From: a virus
IMG/VR virus record: IMGVR_UViG_3300045988_159115
Length of the DNA stretch: 64,000 bases
Direction: 5' to 3' (one strand)
The notes under the pieces are model-generated. The model did not search any database, had not been told where the DNA came from, and saw only the letters and a list, made by a program, of their open reading frames with translations. This document shows, piece by piece, positions 1 through 8,975 of the stretch. Every line of letters starts with the position of its first letter. Positions within the stretch are counted from its first letter, which is position 1. The translations under genes and the position numbers were made by a program.

Positions 1-1
1 G

Positions 2-559
2 ATCCAGAAGATGCATTCTTCTGGTATTCTCCGGTTCAATGATAATATGAATGATATGGACTTCTTCTCGAAGTTCAAGTATACTATCAAAGGACCTCAT
101 TCCATGGGCGGAAAGAATTCCAACAACATCTCGATTCGCTACCGTGGCTCTCATCCGAGCTTCCTTGGTAATATTGACCTTTTGGTTTGTGGTAACTCTG
201 ACCCTGGTACTTCCGGTGTCTTGAGTCCGTTTGGTAAAATCAAGGGCTTCTATTTCAACGATGAGAATGAGACTGATGCGTTCCGGTTCGATTATGCAAA
301 GGATTTGGAGCGTGTCCTCACGGAAGAGAACTTTGAGTATATCAAAATCAACTGTGCTACTAAGGAGGAGTATTATGCTCTTCTGAATAAGTTGGCAGAC
401 TTTAACGAGAATGCTATTAAGATCAATGGTACGTCTCGTGAAAAGTACGAAGTTGTTGTTGAGAAAGAAGACATGACATCTGGTTCTGATTCGGATGAGA
501 AGGAAACTCAGGAAGAAGCTCCAGAGACTATTTCCGACACAACCGAAGATGATTCCTAA
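2..559 (+). CDS. Multisubunit RNA polymerase beta-subunit-like fragment (5' end outside window)
   Basis: Frame is open to the window edge. RYRGSHPSFLGNIDLLVCGNSDPGTSGVLSPF aligns with the RpoB segment [23 protein letters not shown]. The protein ends soon after in an acidic tail, so only an N-terminal part of beta is encoded. Confidence 0.6.
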   Translation: MQKMHSSGILRFNDNMNDMDFFSKFKYTIKGPHSMGGKNSNNISIRYRGSHPSFLGNIDLLVCGNSDPGTSGVLSPFGKIKGFYFNDENETDAFRFDYAKDLERVLTEENFEYIKINCATKEEYYALLNKLADFNENAIKINGTSREKYEVVVEKEDMTSGSDSDEKETQEEAPETISDTTEDDS

Positions 560-572
560 ATAGGAGGATACG

Positions 573-827
573 ATGAGAAAAATTAGTCCGACTGGACATG
601 TACAGCAAGAGGATTCTGTGATCCTGAAGTTATTGGACGACATTGTAGACTACTACAGTGATCCGAAGACTATGGGAACGATTTCTCATGCTCTCACGGA
701 GAAAATCCGGTATGTCCAGAAAAATTACGAGTCTATCATTCGAGACGATATTGACCGTATTGCACAGGATACAACGAAGCGTCGATATGACGTAGAGGAT
801 ACGGAAGAGGCCGCCAAGGATGACTAA
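573..827 (+). CDS. Hypothetical protein (84 aa)
   Basis: ATG preceded by TAGGAGG with a 7-nt spacer. No recognisable motif. Confidence 0.65.
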   Translation: MRKISPTGHVQQEDSVILKLLDDIVDYYSDPKTMGTISHALTEKIRYVQKNYESIIRDDIDRIAQDTTKRRYDVEDTEEAAKDD

Positions 828-1530
828 ACTCGTACTAGATTTTGGTAGAGTCACTCGAATCATGCGCGTGAAACTTACAGTGATCGTGGATGATGAAAGT
901 GATCCGAAGACATCTAAGTTTACGAAAGTCGTTGACAAAAGTAACTATAAAGGAGTGGAGTATCTTCGGGTAACTCCACATCCTTATGTTACTTTGGACA
1001 TCTCTGCTGGGAAGGACAAATCAGAAGACTGGAATGGAAACCTTCAGATCAATCTGAATACCATGTATAAGTATGCACTTTGTAGAAAGCTGAATAAGCT
1101 GATAAAGTGCTTTACCGAACTGGAAGATCTTTTCATGGTAGATGAGGACGGTCATCTTCACGTAAATAAAGATGAGTCGAAGAAAGCTGCTCAGGAACTG
1201 CTGACGAATAATGGTGCAATTCGAATTGCACCTGTGGTTGTCTATAAGAATACTGGAGATACTTCTTCTGGTGTGGAAGGCGCAGTTTTTATGATCAATA
1301 CGATTGATAACTATTGCACTTTTACATACACTGAACTTCAGAATTTTTATGATCTATTGGAAAATATGGACATGATGGCATATGCAATGGATCTGATCAC
1401 GATGAATCAAGTGTATTCAAAAGAGGAAACTGAAATTCCTCAAGTCAACTATTCTGAAGTGCAAAGTCCTGATACAACGAAAGCAACTCCGATTGTTAAA
1501 TCTCCGGATACAATTCCGGACCTAAGTTAA
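820..1530 (+). CDS. Hypothetical protein (236 aa)
   Basis: ATG overlaps the end of the upstream ORF (translational coupling). No motif recognised. Confidence 0.65.
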   Translation: MTKLVLDFGRVTRIMRVKLTVIVDDESDPKTSKFTKVVDKSNYKGVEYLRVTPHPYVTLDISAGKDKSEDWNGNLQINLNTMYKYALCRKLNKLIKCFTELEDLFMVDEDGHLHVNKDESKKAAQELLTNNGAIRIAPVVVYKNTGDTSSGVEGAVFMINTIDNYCTFTYTELQNFYDLLENMDMMAYAMDLITMNQVYSKEETEIPQVNYSEVQSPDTTKATPIVKSPDTIPDLS

Positions 1531-1545
1531 AAGGATGTGATACCA

Positions 1546-2094
1546 ATGAATCATAGCCTGATCAAGGCTGGAATGAAAGATAAAAGTCTTGTCTTCAAGA
1601 AGAGTGATTCGAATAAAGCAATTCGTACCGCTCTCGATATGATGGGTGAGACAAAATACATTATCATTTGCATGGAAGAAATTACAGAACTGCTGGAAGT
1701 CATCGGTGATAACATTGATGGCACTGGGTGCTATATCCACACCGTTGAAGAGATTGCTGACGTAGCATGTTGCTGTGATATTCTCCAGGTCATTTTCGAT
1801 ATAAGATCGAAGGAGCTGGCAAAGCCTGAGAAGTGCAAGAAGAAGAGAGCAAACTTGAAAGCGCATTCTCTTTTGTGCCAGTCCCATATGATCCTTTCTA
1901 AATACCTCCGTCACGCAGATCATATAGATCTGGATGATTTTAGAGAGGTTAAGATCATCCCGTGTATCAACATGATGGCAAGTGCCGTAGAAATGCTGAA
2001 GAATGCATATGGGATTAAAGATAGCGAGATTAAGAAACTGCGTGCGATCAAGCTTGATCGTATGAAGAAGCGCATTGAGAACAACGACCTGTAA
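1546..2094 (+). CDS. Hypothetical protein, possibly MazG-like NTP pyrophosphohydrolase
   Basis: The track ORF starts at GTG 1537, but ATG 1546 has AAGGA 10 nt upstream. EEITELLEVIG ... EEIADVACCCDIL resembles the paired acidic helices of MazG-type enzymes (weak). A terminator follows. Confidence 0.4.
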   Translation: MNHSLIKAGMKDKSLVFKKSDSNKAIRTALDMMGETKYIIICMEEITELLEVIGDNIDGTGCYIHTVEEIADVACCCDILQVIFDIRSKELAKPEKCKKKRANLKAHSLLCQSHMILSKYLRHADHIDLDDFREVKIIPCINMMASAVEMLKNAYGIKDSEIKKLRAIKLDRMKKRIENNDL

Positions 2095-2096
2095 GT

Positions 2097-2139
2097 AAAA
2101 GAAGAGTACCTTGAGAAATCTTGGTACTCTTCTTTTTTG
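2097..2139 (+). terminator. Rho-independent terminator
   Basis: AAAAGAAGAGTACC..GGTACTCTTCTTTTTT after stop 2094. Confidence 0.8.
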
Positions 2140-2327
2140 TAAATATGGGACAAACCTTATAGTAATCCGGATGAGGAATTTCGTTACTATCGGTGCCAAT
2201 GGTAGTAGGTTGCTCATTCGCATTTATGGTTTGATATTATCTATATCGACTACGGTTAACAGGAGCTAGTTTGGATTACCTGACTAGCTCCCGTTAACTA
2301 TCCTTATAATAGAAAGGAGATGTGGAT

Positions 2328-2423
2328 GTGATTCGAATTCTTTTTGAAGATTTGGTTTACTATGTCTGCTATGCATTTTACTTTATTCGATTTATGGTTT
2401 TTGGTATAGATGATGATTTATGA
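2328..2423 (+). CDS. Possible 31-aa hydrophobic peptide (GTG start)
   Basis: AAAGGAGA lies 7 nt upstream of the GTG. Product is MIRILFEDLVYYVCYAFYFIRFMVFGIDDDL. The ORF sits between two stem-loops and is below the track size cutoff. Confidence 0.2.
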   Translation: MIRILFEDLVYYVCYAFYFIRFMVFGIDDDL

Positions 2424-2425
2424 TT

Positions 2426-2470
2426 AAAAGGTAGCTACTCTATATTGGATTACAGAGTAGCTACCTAATT
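2426..2470 (-). terminator. Rho-independent terminator of the SbcC-like gene
   Basis: AGGTAGCTACTCT pairs with AGAGTAGCTACCT. A T-run follows on the minus strand. Confidence 0.7.
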
Positions 2471-5077
2471 TTAGCTTTTTTCGATAGGAATATAAGATGC
2501 GAGTTCTGCGTTAGAAGAAGTTCTGTTTCGAGTATCTACGATGTCAACAGGATATGCGTTAAACATGTCGTTGTGAGAGATAACGAATACCTGCTCAGCA
2601 TGAATCATATCAATTTGCATCTCCAAGACATGTAAAAACTTCTCACGATTGGATATATCGAGAGTGGCATCGATCTCATCAAGAAGCATGATATTATACT
2701 TCGAGATAGATTTGTAAGTGAGTGCAAATGAGAGTGCTAGAGAGATAAAGCTTCGCTCACCCTGAGAAGCATAAATCACATCTTTTACAGTGGTTCCTTT
2801 TGTACTATAAGGAATTCCAAATTCATCAGCCGTGATTTCAAAATCTTCCAGATGAAGATCTCCGTCATATACGACATCAAGTAGTTGATTCGCAATATCT
2901 TTGATGTCTTTTAAATATGCTTGGATGAAAATAAGAGGAATTCCTTCTCGACTAGAAAGAGCACGAGCAAGATATTCAAGATCCGTAAACTTGGAACTGA
3001 GTTCATCAAGATCTTTTTTATACCTCTTATAATTCTCGATACGGAACTCATTGTCTTGGTGAGTTTTACTCATCTTATTCTTACGGAACTGGAGATCATT
3101 GAGAACTGATGTTTTCTCACGAATCTGAAGAGATAACTGAGATGCAAGGGTAAGTTTTGATTTGAGATCATTAAATTCAGTCTCAACTTCATCCTCATGC
3201 TCCATTGCAACTACCATATCTTCATAATCAGATACGGAAGCTTCTTTTTCTGCAATCTCTCTATTGAGAGAATTGATCGTTTCTTTGACTTCATCAAGTT
3301 GTCCCATAAGAGTTGTACGAGAGTTGATGAGCTCTTCCAGTTTATTCTGGAAATACTCAATATTGCTATTTGCTTTCTTATATTGAGCAAGCATAGATTT
3401 CTGACGGTTGAGTTCTTCGAGATCAGCATCCTGAAGTTCATCATCTGTGATGAGTCCAAGCTCATGGAAGATAATATCCTTATCATAAATCCATTCCATA
3501 TTACAAATATGGGTAAGGACTGTACTCATCATGAACTGGTCTTTGATACACTCAGGCATCTTCTCAAAGATATCATGATAATCTCTCAGATATTTGAGGA
3601 CTGTCTGGATGTTATTATAGGCCATTTTTGTATAAGCCAAGAACGTCTCATCTTCAATGACCTTGTCTGGGGCTTGTGTTGCGTACTCATAGATTCTCTG
3701 ATAGAAGTCATAAACTCTGCATCCAGACGGATTCTTACAGTCAGGACCTAAGAGACCAATATCTTTGCTGATTTCAGCATAGACTTGCTCACAGAGAGAT
3801 TGCATTCGGTTCCGTTTAATTTTCTCTCTATTCTCTCTGGTATATTTCTCAATATCCGTTTTTGTGTGGAAGAAGGATACAGCTTTCTGAATTGGTCCTT
3901 TACCAAGCTCATATGTCGACAGCAGGATATCCATGCATTTATCAAGCATCTTGATAAGGTCTTCCATTTCTGCTTTAGAACATGGACGAACATATCCGGC
4001 GATTCCACTTTCTTTTGCTCTTCTCCGAATCGTTTCTCTAAGAAGCTCAATATTTGCTTCCATGTCTTTGACGTTTTGATCATCCTCAATACGAGCGATT
4101 TCACGTCTGATGGAATCAATTTCATTTGCGATAGAATCCAGTTGATTCAGAATTCCAGTTCGTGTAATGACGTTTGTATCAAGAGAAGATTTTGCTTTCA
4201 GAATAGCAATCTTAGCTTCTTCAATCATAGACTTCAGGGTGCTAATGCTAATCTTAATTTCAGATGCTCTTGCTAGTGCTTTCTGAATGTGCTTTAGTTC
4301 TTTTTCTTTCTCTTGAATCCGGTCTCTCATTGCTGGAATATCTCCACAGTCATTGAGTTGATACTGGAGAACGGAGAGTTCACTATTCACTTTCTCAATC
4401 TTTGCTGTGAGATCCTCAATTTGATGCTGCAGACTTTTTTGAGCCTTTTTGAGTTCTCCCAAATCATCCACTTGAAGTCGACGAATTAGGTCTGAAGTAT
4501 GATTGATTTGGATATTGACTTTATTCTTATCTGCCATAATTTTCTTATGGTAAGAAAGATAAATGTCAGCTTCACTGATAATCTTACCAGTGAAGTTTTT
4601 TCGTTCCTGTCTCTTCATATCAATGAAATTTGTGACATTGCTACCAAGACGAGTAAGCTTCATATAATCTTGCTCAAGTCCAAGTTCCTTTTCCACAATT
4701 TCTTTGAAAGAAGTGACATTCCCGTTTTCGTTCAATTCTACACCATTTTTCTGGATATAGCTTTTGATAATATGCTTATCACTATTTCTGGTATAGAAAT
4801 GCTGTATGACGTATAAATCGTCACAATCGGAGATATGGATTTCTTTATATCCATTTTCTCTTGGAACGATAATTGGGTTATCGCTGCGTACATCCATGTT
4901 GCCATTTGTAGGGAATGGATGTAAGCAACTTAAAATGCTAGTCTTACCAGACCCATTTGGTCCAGTAAGCAATACGACATTATTATTAGACTTACTGAAA
5001 TCAATCTCAATCGTTTCCGTATTGAATGCAGTAACGATATTGATGAAATTCGTAAGTTTTAGATACAAGATTTTCAT
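2471..5077 (-). CDS. SbcC/Rad50-family recombination/repair ATPase
   Basis: Walker A GPNGSGKTS, a long central coiled coil, signature-like SQGERSF, Walker B MLLDEIDATLD and H-loop VISHN. Confidence 0.85.
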   Translation of the reverse strand: MKILYLKLTNFINIVTAFNTETIEIDFSKSNNNVVLLTGPNGSGKTSILSCLHPFPTNGNMDVRSDNPIIVPRENGYKEIHISDCDDLYVIQHFYTRNSDKHIIKSYIQKNGVELNENGNVTSFKEIVEKELGLEQDYMKLTRLGSNVTNFIDMKRQERKNFTGKIISEADIYLSYHKKIMADKNKVNIQINHTSDLIRRLQVDDLGELKKAQKSLQHQIEDLTAKIEKVNSELSVLQYQLNDCGDIPAMRDRIQEKEKELKHIQKALARASEIKISISTLKSMIEEAKIAILKAKSSLDTNVITRTGILNQLDSIANEIDSIRREIARIEDDQNVKDMEANIELLRETIRRRAKESGIAGYVRPCSKAEMEDLIKMLDKCMDILLSTYELGKGPIQKAVSFFHTKTDIEKYTRENREKIKRNRMQSLCEQVYAEISKDIGLLGPDCKNPSGCRVYDFYQRIYEYATQAPDKVIEDETFLAYTKMAYNNIQTVLKYLRDYHDIFEKMPECIKDQFMMSTVLTHICNMEWIYDKDIIFHELGLITDDELQDADLEELNRQKSMLAQYKKANSNIEYFQNKLEELINSRTTLMGQLDEVKETINSLNREIAEKEASVSDYEDMVVAMEHEDEVETEFNDLKSKLTLASQLSLQIREKTSVLNDLQFRKNKMSKTHQDNEFRIENYKRYKKDLDELSSKFTDLEYLARALSSREGIPLIFIQAYLKDIKDIANQLLDVVYDGDLHLEDFEITADEFGIPYSTKGTTVKDVIYASQGERSFISLALSFALTYKSISKYNIMLLDEIDATLDISNREKFLHVLEMQIDMIHAEQVFVISHNDMFNAYPVDIVDTRNRTSSNAELASYIPIEKS

Positions 5078-5478
5078 AATTTCACCTTTTCTATAGTGGT
5101 TTCATATTGAATGGTTTTTAGGTGAATAACATGTTAGTAACTCCTTGACTGGATTGAACTACGAAGATGTTCTTAATCAGTATGGATTTAATAGCTATAG
5201 ATTTTTCTTTGGAACGAGTAATGTGGTTACGTCAGAAATATCTTTGATATGAAAACGGGACTTTTCATCTTCATTGTACCTCCTAAGAATATAGTGGAAA
5301 ACGTTTGCGCTCTGGTGATGTATCATAACAATTTTCGTGTATATGAACTTCCGGCGGATATGAGCATTCTTCCTTCTTGACCTCATGGTCAAAAGCTATA
5401 TAAAGTCCATCCTGTACTCCGTTGCCGATATCTCACGGATGGAAGGTGGAAGAGATATTGGGCGGTTTATATATACAA

Positions 5479-5525
5479 AGAAGACGCTATTATGTAATTG
5501 GAAAGGTTACATAATAGCGTCTTCT
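5479..5525 (-). terminator. Terminator of the RNAP-fragment operon
   Basis: A 19-bp perfect stem: AGAAGACGCTATTATGTAA pairs with TTACATAATAGCGTCTTCT. Confidence 0.7.
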
Positions 5526-5532
5526 GCTGTCG

Positions 5533-6819
5533 TTATGACAGATGATAGATTTCCTTGATGAGATTATTGATATAATCCACATTAATCTGGATGATGATTT
5601 TGTACGTGTAGTACGTACTTTGATGATGAAACTTCAGAGTGAGGGTATTAAAGTCGAATGAGTAATCCTTATCAGGAGTCATCAGACGGCCCTGCTTCCG
5701 AACTTTCATCTTGAAGAAGTCCGTTGTCGGAATTCCTCGTTCAAAGTGGAAGTTGAGAACTTTCTTCAGACTATCATTGAAGAGAGTGCTAAGATCAACT
5801 TCATCATCCATCTGTTCCAGCCTACAAGACGGAGATGCATACAAAGTCCATCCAAGAGGAAGATTCACATCATCTTCTGTCAGTACATCTGTGAAAATCG
5901 GAACGATGGTATTTCCACTATCGTCACAAGTAACGATACTATTTTCTTTGATATCGTCACTAAAGATATAGTAGAAGCCTGTCGAATAGAATTCACAGCG
6001 CATACTGAAATTGATCTTATAGGAATCACCAACTTGGTTTACCTTATCGCCTTCGTCAACATTGAAGTTTGTGATAATCGTGTCGATATTGACTGGATAG
6101 TACCGATAAAATTCTTCATGTCCAGTTGCTCCTTCCAACTTGTAAGTGATAGGAGTAACGGATGTAGAATTCAGATGCTTCAAGAACTTTGCTGTACTTC
6201 CATCTTCATCTCGCATCGGAACTTTGATCAGTTCGGAATACTTTGCAAGAAGATCAGGCGGAATATAACTTTCAAGACATGTCTGGAGATTGAAAGGAAT
6301 CTCATATCTCACTGAGTTCTTGAAGTAGTTCGCCCAGTTGATTTGCTGAATCATCGTATTGAAGATCAAGATGACATCGAAATTCAATACGCTACGATTC
6401 ATTTGATACTTAATTGCAGTACGAGAATTCCGATCCCAAATGAAATCTTGTAAATTAGTACCGCCTCGCATCATATAGAGGTCACCCTGACGCTCAATGA
6501 GAGGAGTTCCACGAAGGAATCTACTGTCATCATCCCAGTCAATACGGGGACGGATAACAAACATGGGAGGCTGCTTCTTTAAGAACTCTTTCGGAGTACT
6601 TCTCATTTGAGCATGAGCGATCTTACTATTGACATGAATTGTCTTGAAGAAATCTTTCGGAAAAAGATTGATGAGCCAATTCTGAACGAATGCTGTCACG
6701 TTTCCATAGGTATGAGCAGCTGATGTTTGCGCTTGGATGTAATGCATCGGATGCCCATAGATAAGATCATGACGCTCGTCTTCTGTCAGCTCATAGTCGT
6801 GAAGTCGTTTTGTATCCAT
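5533..6819 (-). CDS. Hypothetical protein (428 aa), last gene of the RNAP-fragment operon
   Basis: GAGGTGA SD. Follows the beta-prime fragment gene after a 31-nt gap. No polymerase motif recognised. Strong terminator downstream. Confidence 0.7.
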   Translation of the reverse strand: MDTKRLHDYELTEDERHDLIYGHPMHYIQAQTSAAHTYGNVTAFVQNWLINLFPKDFFKTIHVNSKIAHAQMRSTPKEFLKKQPPMFVIRPRIDWDDDSRFLRGTPLIERQGDLYMMRGGTNLQDFIWDRNSRTAIKYQMNRSVLNFDVILIFNTMIQQINWANYFKNSVRYEIPFNLQTCLESYIPPDLLAKYSELIKVPMRDEDGSTAKFLKHLNSTSVTPITYKLEGATGHEEFYRYYPVNIDTIITNFNVDEGDKVNQVGDSYKINFSMRCEFYSTGFYYIFSDDIKENSIVTCDDSGNTIVPIFTDVLTEDDVNLPLGWTLYASPSCRLEQMDDEVDLSTLFNDSLKKVLNFHFERGIPTTDFFKMKVRKQGRLMTPDKDYSFDFNTLTLKFHHQSTYYTYKIIIQINVDYINNLIKEIYHLS

Positions 6820-6850
6820 ACATATTCACCTCGCTTTCTAATGAGAATGA

Positions 6851-8071
6851 TTACAAGAGCATAGTATCCGGATCAATCTGATTCGATTTGATGTTAGCTG
6901 TATGGAATTTCTTCATGCCCATCTTCAGAAGCTTTGTGGAAATCTGAGGGCAACCGAGGCCAATATTCAGGTTATCCAGCTTGTAGTTCAGCTCTCCTGC
7001 ACAGATATTGCAGATATGCTTTCCCTTGCAATACATGGGGCTACGCAGTTTGATAGGCTTACCGACATACTTACCGATAATCTCAGGAGTCAAGCAGACA
7101 TACTTACCATTTTCTACGATGTACCGATACTCAAAGTCACGAGTATCTTTCGGAGTCATGATGTAGGAAATGGTCTTTTTTGTCCCGCAATCACTGCCAT
7201 GCTCATCAAGAACTTCGCCCTGCATTGCTGCCAGAAGCTGTTTTGTCAGGTAGCCAGACTCAGCAGTACCGACTGCTTTCGGGTATGCACCAGAAACGAC
7301 GGATGTGCCGAAAGAAGGAATGTCTTGCTTTGTGATACCATCCATGAAAGACGATCTGACGATTTCATATTCGCCAGTAATATTATTCATGGTAGCACCC
7401 TTATACAACATCATATTCTTGTAGTTACCGAAGTTACCACGAGCACCAGAATTATAAAGGTCCATACCGGGGTCATCTGCAAGAAGTTTCTTTGCCTCAC
7501 TGGTGAGTTCTTTCTCGATTTTCTCGGAAGTAACGATGTCACCCTCATTGAGCTTGTCATCATATTTCTTGAAAAGCTCTTCTTTTCGCTTAGCAATCTC
7601 AGGAGGGCATGCAATTGTCTTCTCACTGAAAGAAGTAGTGATAACAGAGTTCAGCTGCATTCCAAGAGTATCACGGTAATCGTAATAGTCATAGAAATCA
7701 TTGATGCTGATCTTATCATCAATCAGAGCTTTTGCAAGTTGACTTTCGATAGATTCATATTTACCCTGAGTAACAGGCTCATTCACATACCCGAGAACAC
7801 TCTGGAATCCAAAGCGTTCGATGAGGTACTTATTGAAGATGAACCTACCGACGGTTGTCTTCGTTTTCTCTTTTACGAAATACTCAGAAGGCTCCAATGT
7901 CATTTCGTCCCAAGTACTGAACTTAGATTTCTTAACTCCACTGAAAGCGTTCTGAGCATCTGTAGTATCTCCGAAGAGATAGACGAGCTTTGTGAAAGTA
8001 AGATCATCCGGTTTTAATTCCAGAAGTTCTTTCTTTTCTGCTTCTGTGATTTTTCGAGCAGGTCTAGGCAT
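6851..8071 (-). CDS. Multisubunit RNA polymerase beta-prime-like fragment (middle part, regions E-G)
   Basis: TTVGRFIFNKYL matches TTVGR. YNSGARGNFGNYKNM matches DSGARGS..QIRQL. AESGYLTKQL matches DSGYLTRRL. RSPMYCKG..ICNICAGE and GCPQISTKLLKMGMKKFHTA match [21 protein letters not shown]. There is no NADFDGD, and the ORF stops right after the FHT motif. Confidence 0.8.
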   Translation of the reverse strand: MPRPARKITEAEKKELLELKPDDLTFTKLVYLFGDTTDAQNAFSGVKKSKFSTWDEMTLEPSEYFVKEKTKTTVGRFIFNKYLIERFGFQSVLGYVNEPVTQGKYESIESQLAKALIDDKISINDFYDYYDYRDTLGMQLNSVITTSFSEKTIACPPEIAKRKEELFKKYDDKLNEGDIVTSEKIEKELTSEAKKLLADDPGMDLYNSGARGNFGNYKNMMLYKGATMNNITGEYEIVRSSFMDGITKQDIPSFGTSVVSGAYPKAVGTAESGYLTKQLLAAMQGEVLDEHGSDCGTKKTISYIMTPKDTRDFEYRYIVENGKYVCLTPEIIGKYVGKPIKLRSPMYCKGKHICNICAGELNYKLDNLNIGLGCPQISTKLLKMGMKKFHTANIKSNQIDPDTMLL

Positions 8072-8073
8072 CC

Positions 8074-8802
8074 TTAACCCTCCTCTTTCAGAGTCTTATT
8101 AATCATCAGGCCACGAGTGACCAGATCGGATTTAAGACCCATACCAAGCAGGTATACATCAACTGTATTCAGAGTAGTCTTATTCTCAGGAGAAGATTCC
8201 ATATCTTCCAGAGAGACATAACCCTTCGTATTGATTGCAGTATACATCTGCTGCTTCATAACCATATCATCGGCACGAGGGCCATTGAGTTCCTTCAACG
8301 TATCCTTCATATTCATGCTGATGAGCATGGAATTTTCAAGGTCAGATTCACGGCCATTCTTATCAGCGCCACTAACCTGACCAGTAAGAGAAGAACGTGC
8401 ATCTGCTGTGGTAGACAGACCGTTCTTCTTTGCAACCGTTTGCTGTGTACGTTTCACATGGCAGTATCCAACAGGCACTGCTTCTTTGGAAACGATGATA
8501 TTATTCTTATCCATTGTATAGTGAGGGAATGCAATTCTCTCAAACAGAGGAACGTTAAGTACCTTTGCTGCATCTTCAATATCAGGAACTTTCAGATCAA
8601 TCTGATAGTCACAGACATTCAGAATCAGATACTCGTTCGGGTTTGCAAAAAATTCTTTGAAGAATTTATCAAACTGAGCATCCGTCATGGTATCAAAGAT
8701 GGATTTGTAGTGCTTCGTATTTGCGCCGGTCTTATCAAGAGCATTGAATGTCTTATAGATAAGATCTTCCATCTTCTTTCGTTTTTGCGGAGTTAACGCC
8801 AT
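8074..8802 (-). CDS. Multisubunit RNA polymerase beta-like C-terminal fragment
   Basis: The start was moved to the ATG with AAAGGAGA 8 nt upstream. VGYCHVKRTQQTV..ARSSLTGQVSGADKNGRESDLENSML aligns with RpoB [50 protein letters not shown]. The stop lies 2 nt before the beta-prime fragment's ATG. Confidence 0.7.
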   Translation of the reverse strand: MALTPQKRKKMEDLIYKTFNALDKTGANTKHYKSIFDTMTDAQFDKFFKEFFANPNEYLILNVCDYQIDLKVPDIEDAAKVLNVPLFERIAFPHYTMDKNNIIVSKEAVPVGYCHVKRTQQTVAKKNGLSTTADARSSLTGQVSGADKNGRESDLENSMLISMNMKDTLKELNGPRADDMVMKQQMYTAINTKGYVSLEDMESSPENKTTLNTVDVYLLGMGLKSDLVTRGLMINKTLKEEG

Positions 8803-8832
8803 AACGATGTATCTCCTTTCGTTTAATGTGTA

Positions 8833-8890
8833 ATAGACTAGGCTGCTTACCATTCTGTTTTCAGGATGAAATTAAGCTGCCTAGTCTTAT
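8833..8890. other. Stem-loop in a divergent intergenic region, abutting a promoter motif
   Basis: AGACTAGGC(T)GCTTA pairs with TAAGC(T)GCCTAGTCT, giving 9+5 bp with one mismatch and a loop of about 23 nt. Confidence 0.5.
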
Positions 8891-8900
8891 TTTATAATGA

Positions 8901-8908
8901 TATATTAT
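8901..8908 (+). promoter_or_regulatory. Phage promoter-like motif TATATTAT(A)
   Basis: TTATAATGATATATTATATAGG, 68 nt before ATG 8976. Part of the 26-nt block 8884-8909 that is repeated at 14575-14600. Confidence 0.55.
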
Positions 8909-8975
8909 ATAGGTATAGAAAGTCCATAAATATAAAAAGAAAGGTTGTAAAAATACGTGGCTTATCTGAAAATAC

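Noticed and set aside
5195-5392. 65-aa basic ORF in the gap upstream of the SbcC-like gene.
   Set aside because: The track start is a TTG, the first ATG has no SD, and the composition looks non-coding. The region is kept only as part of the non-coding-gap finding.
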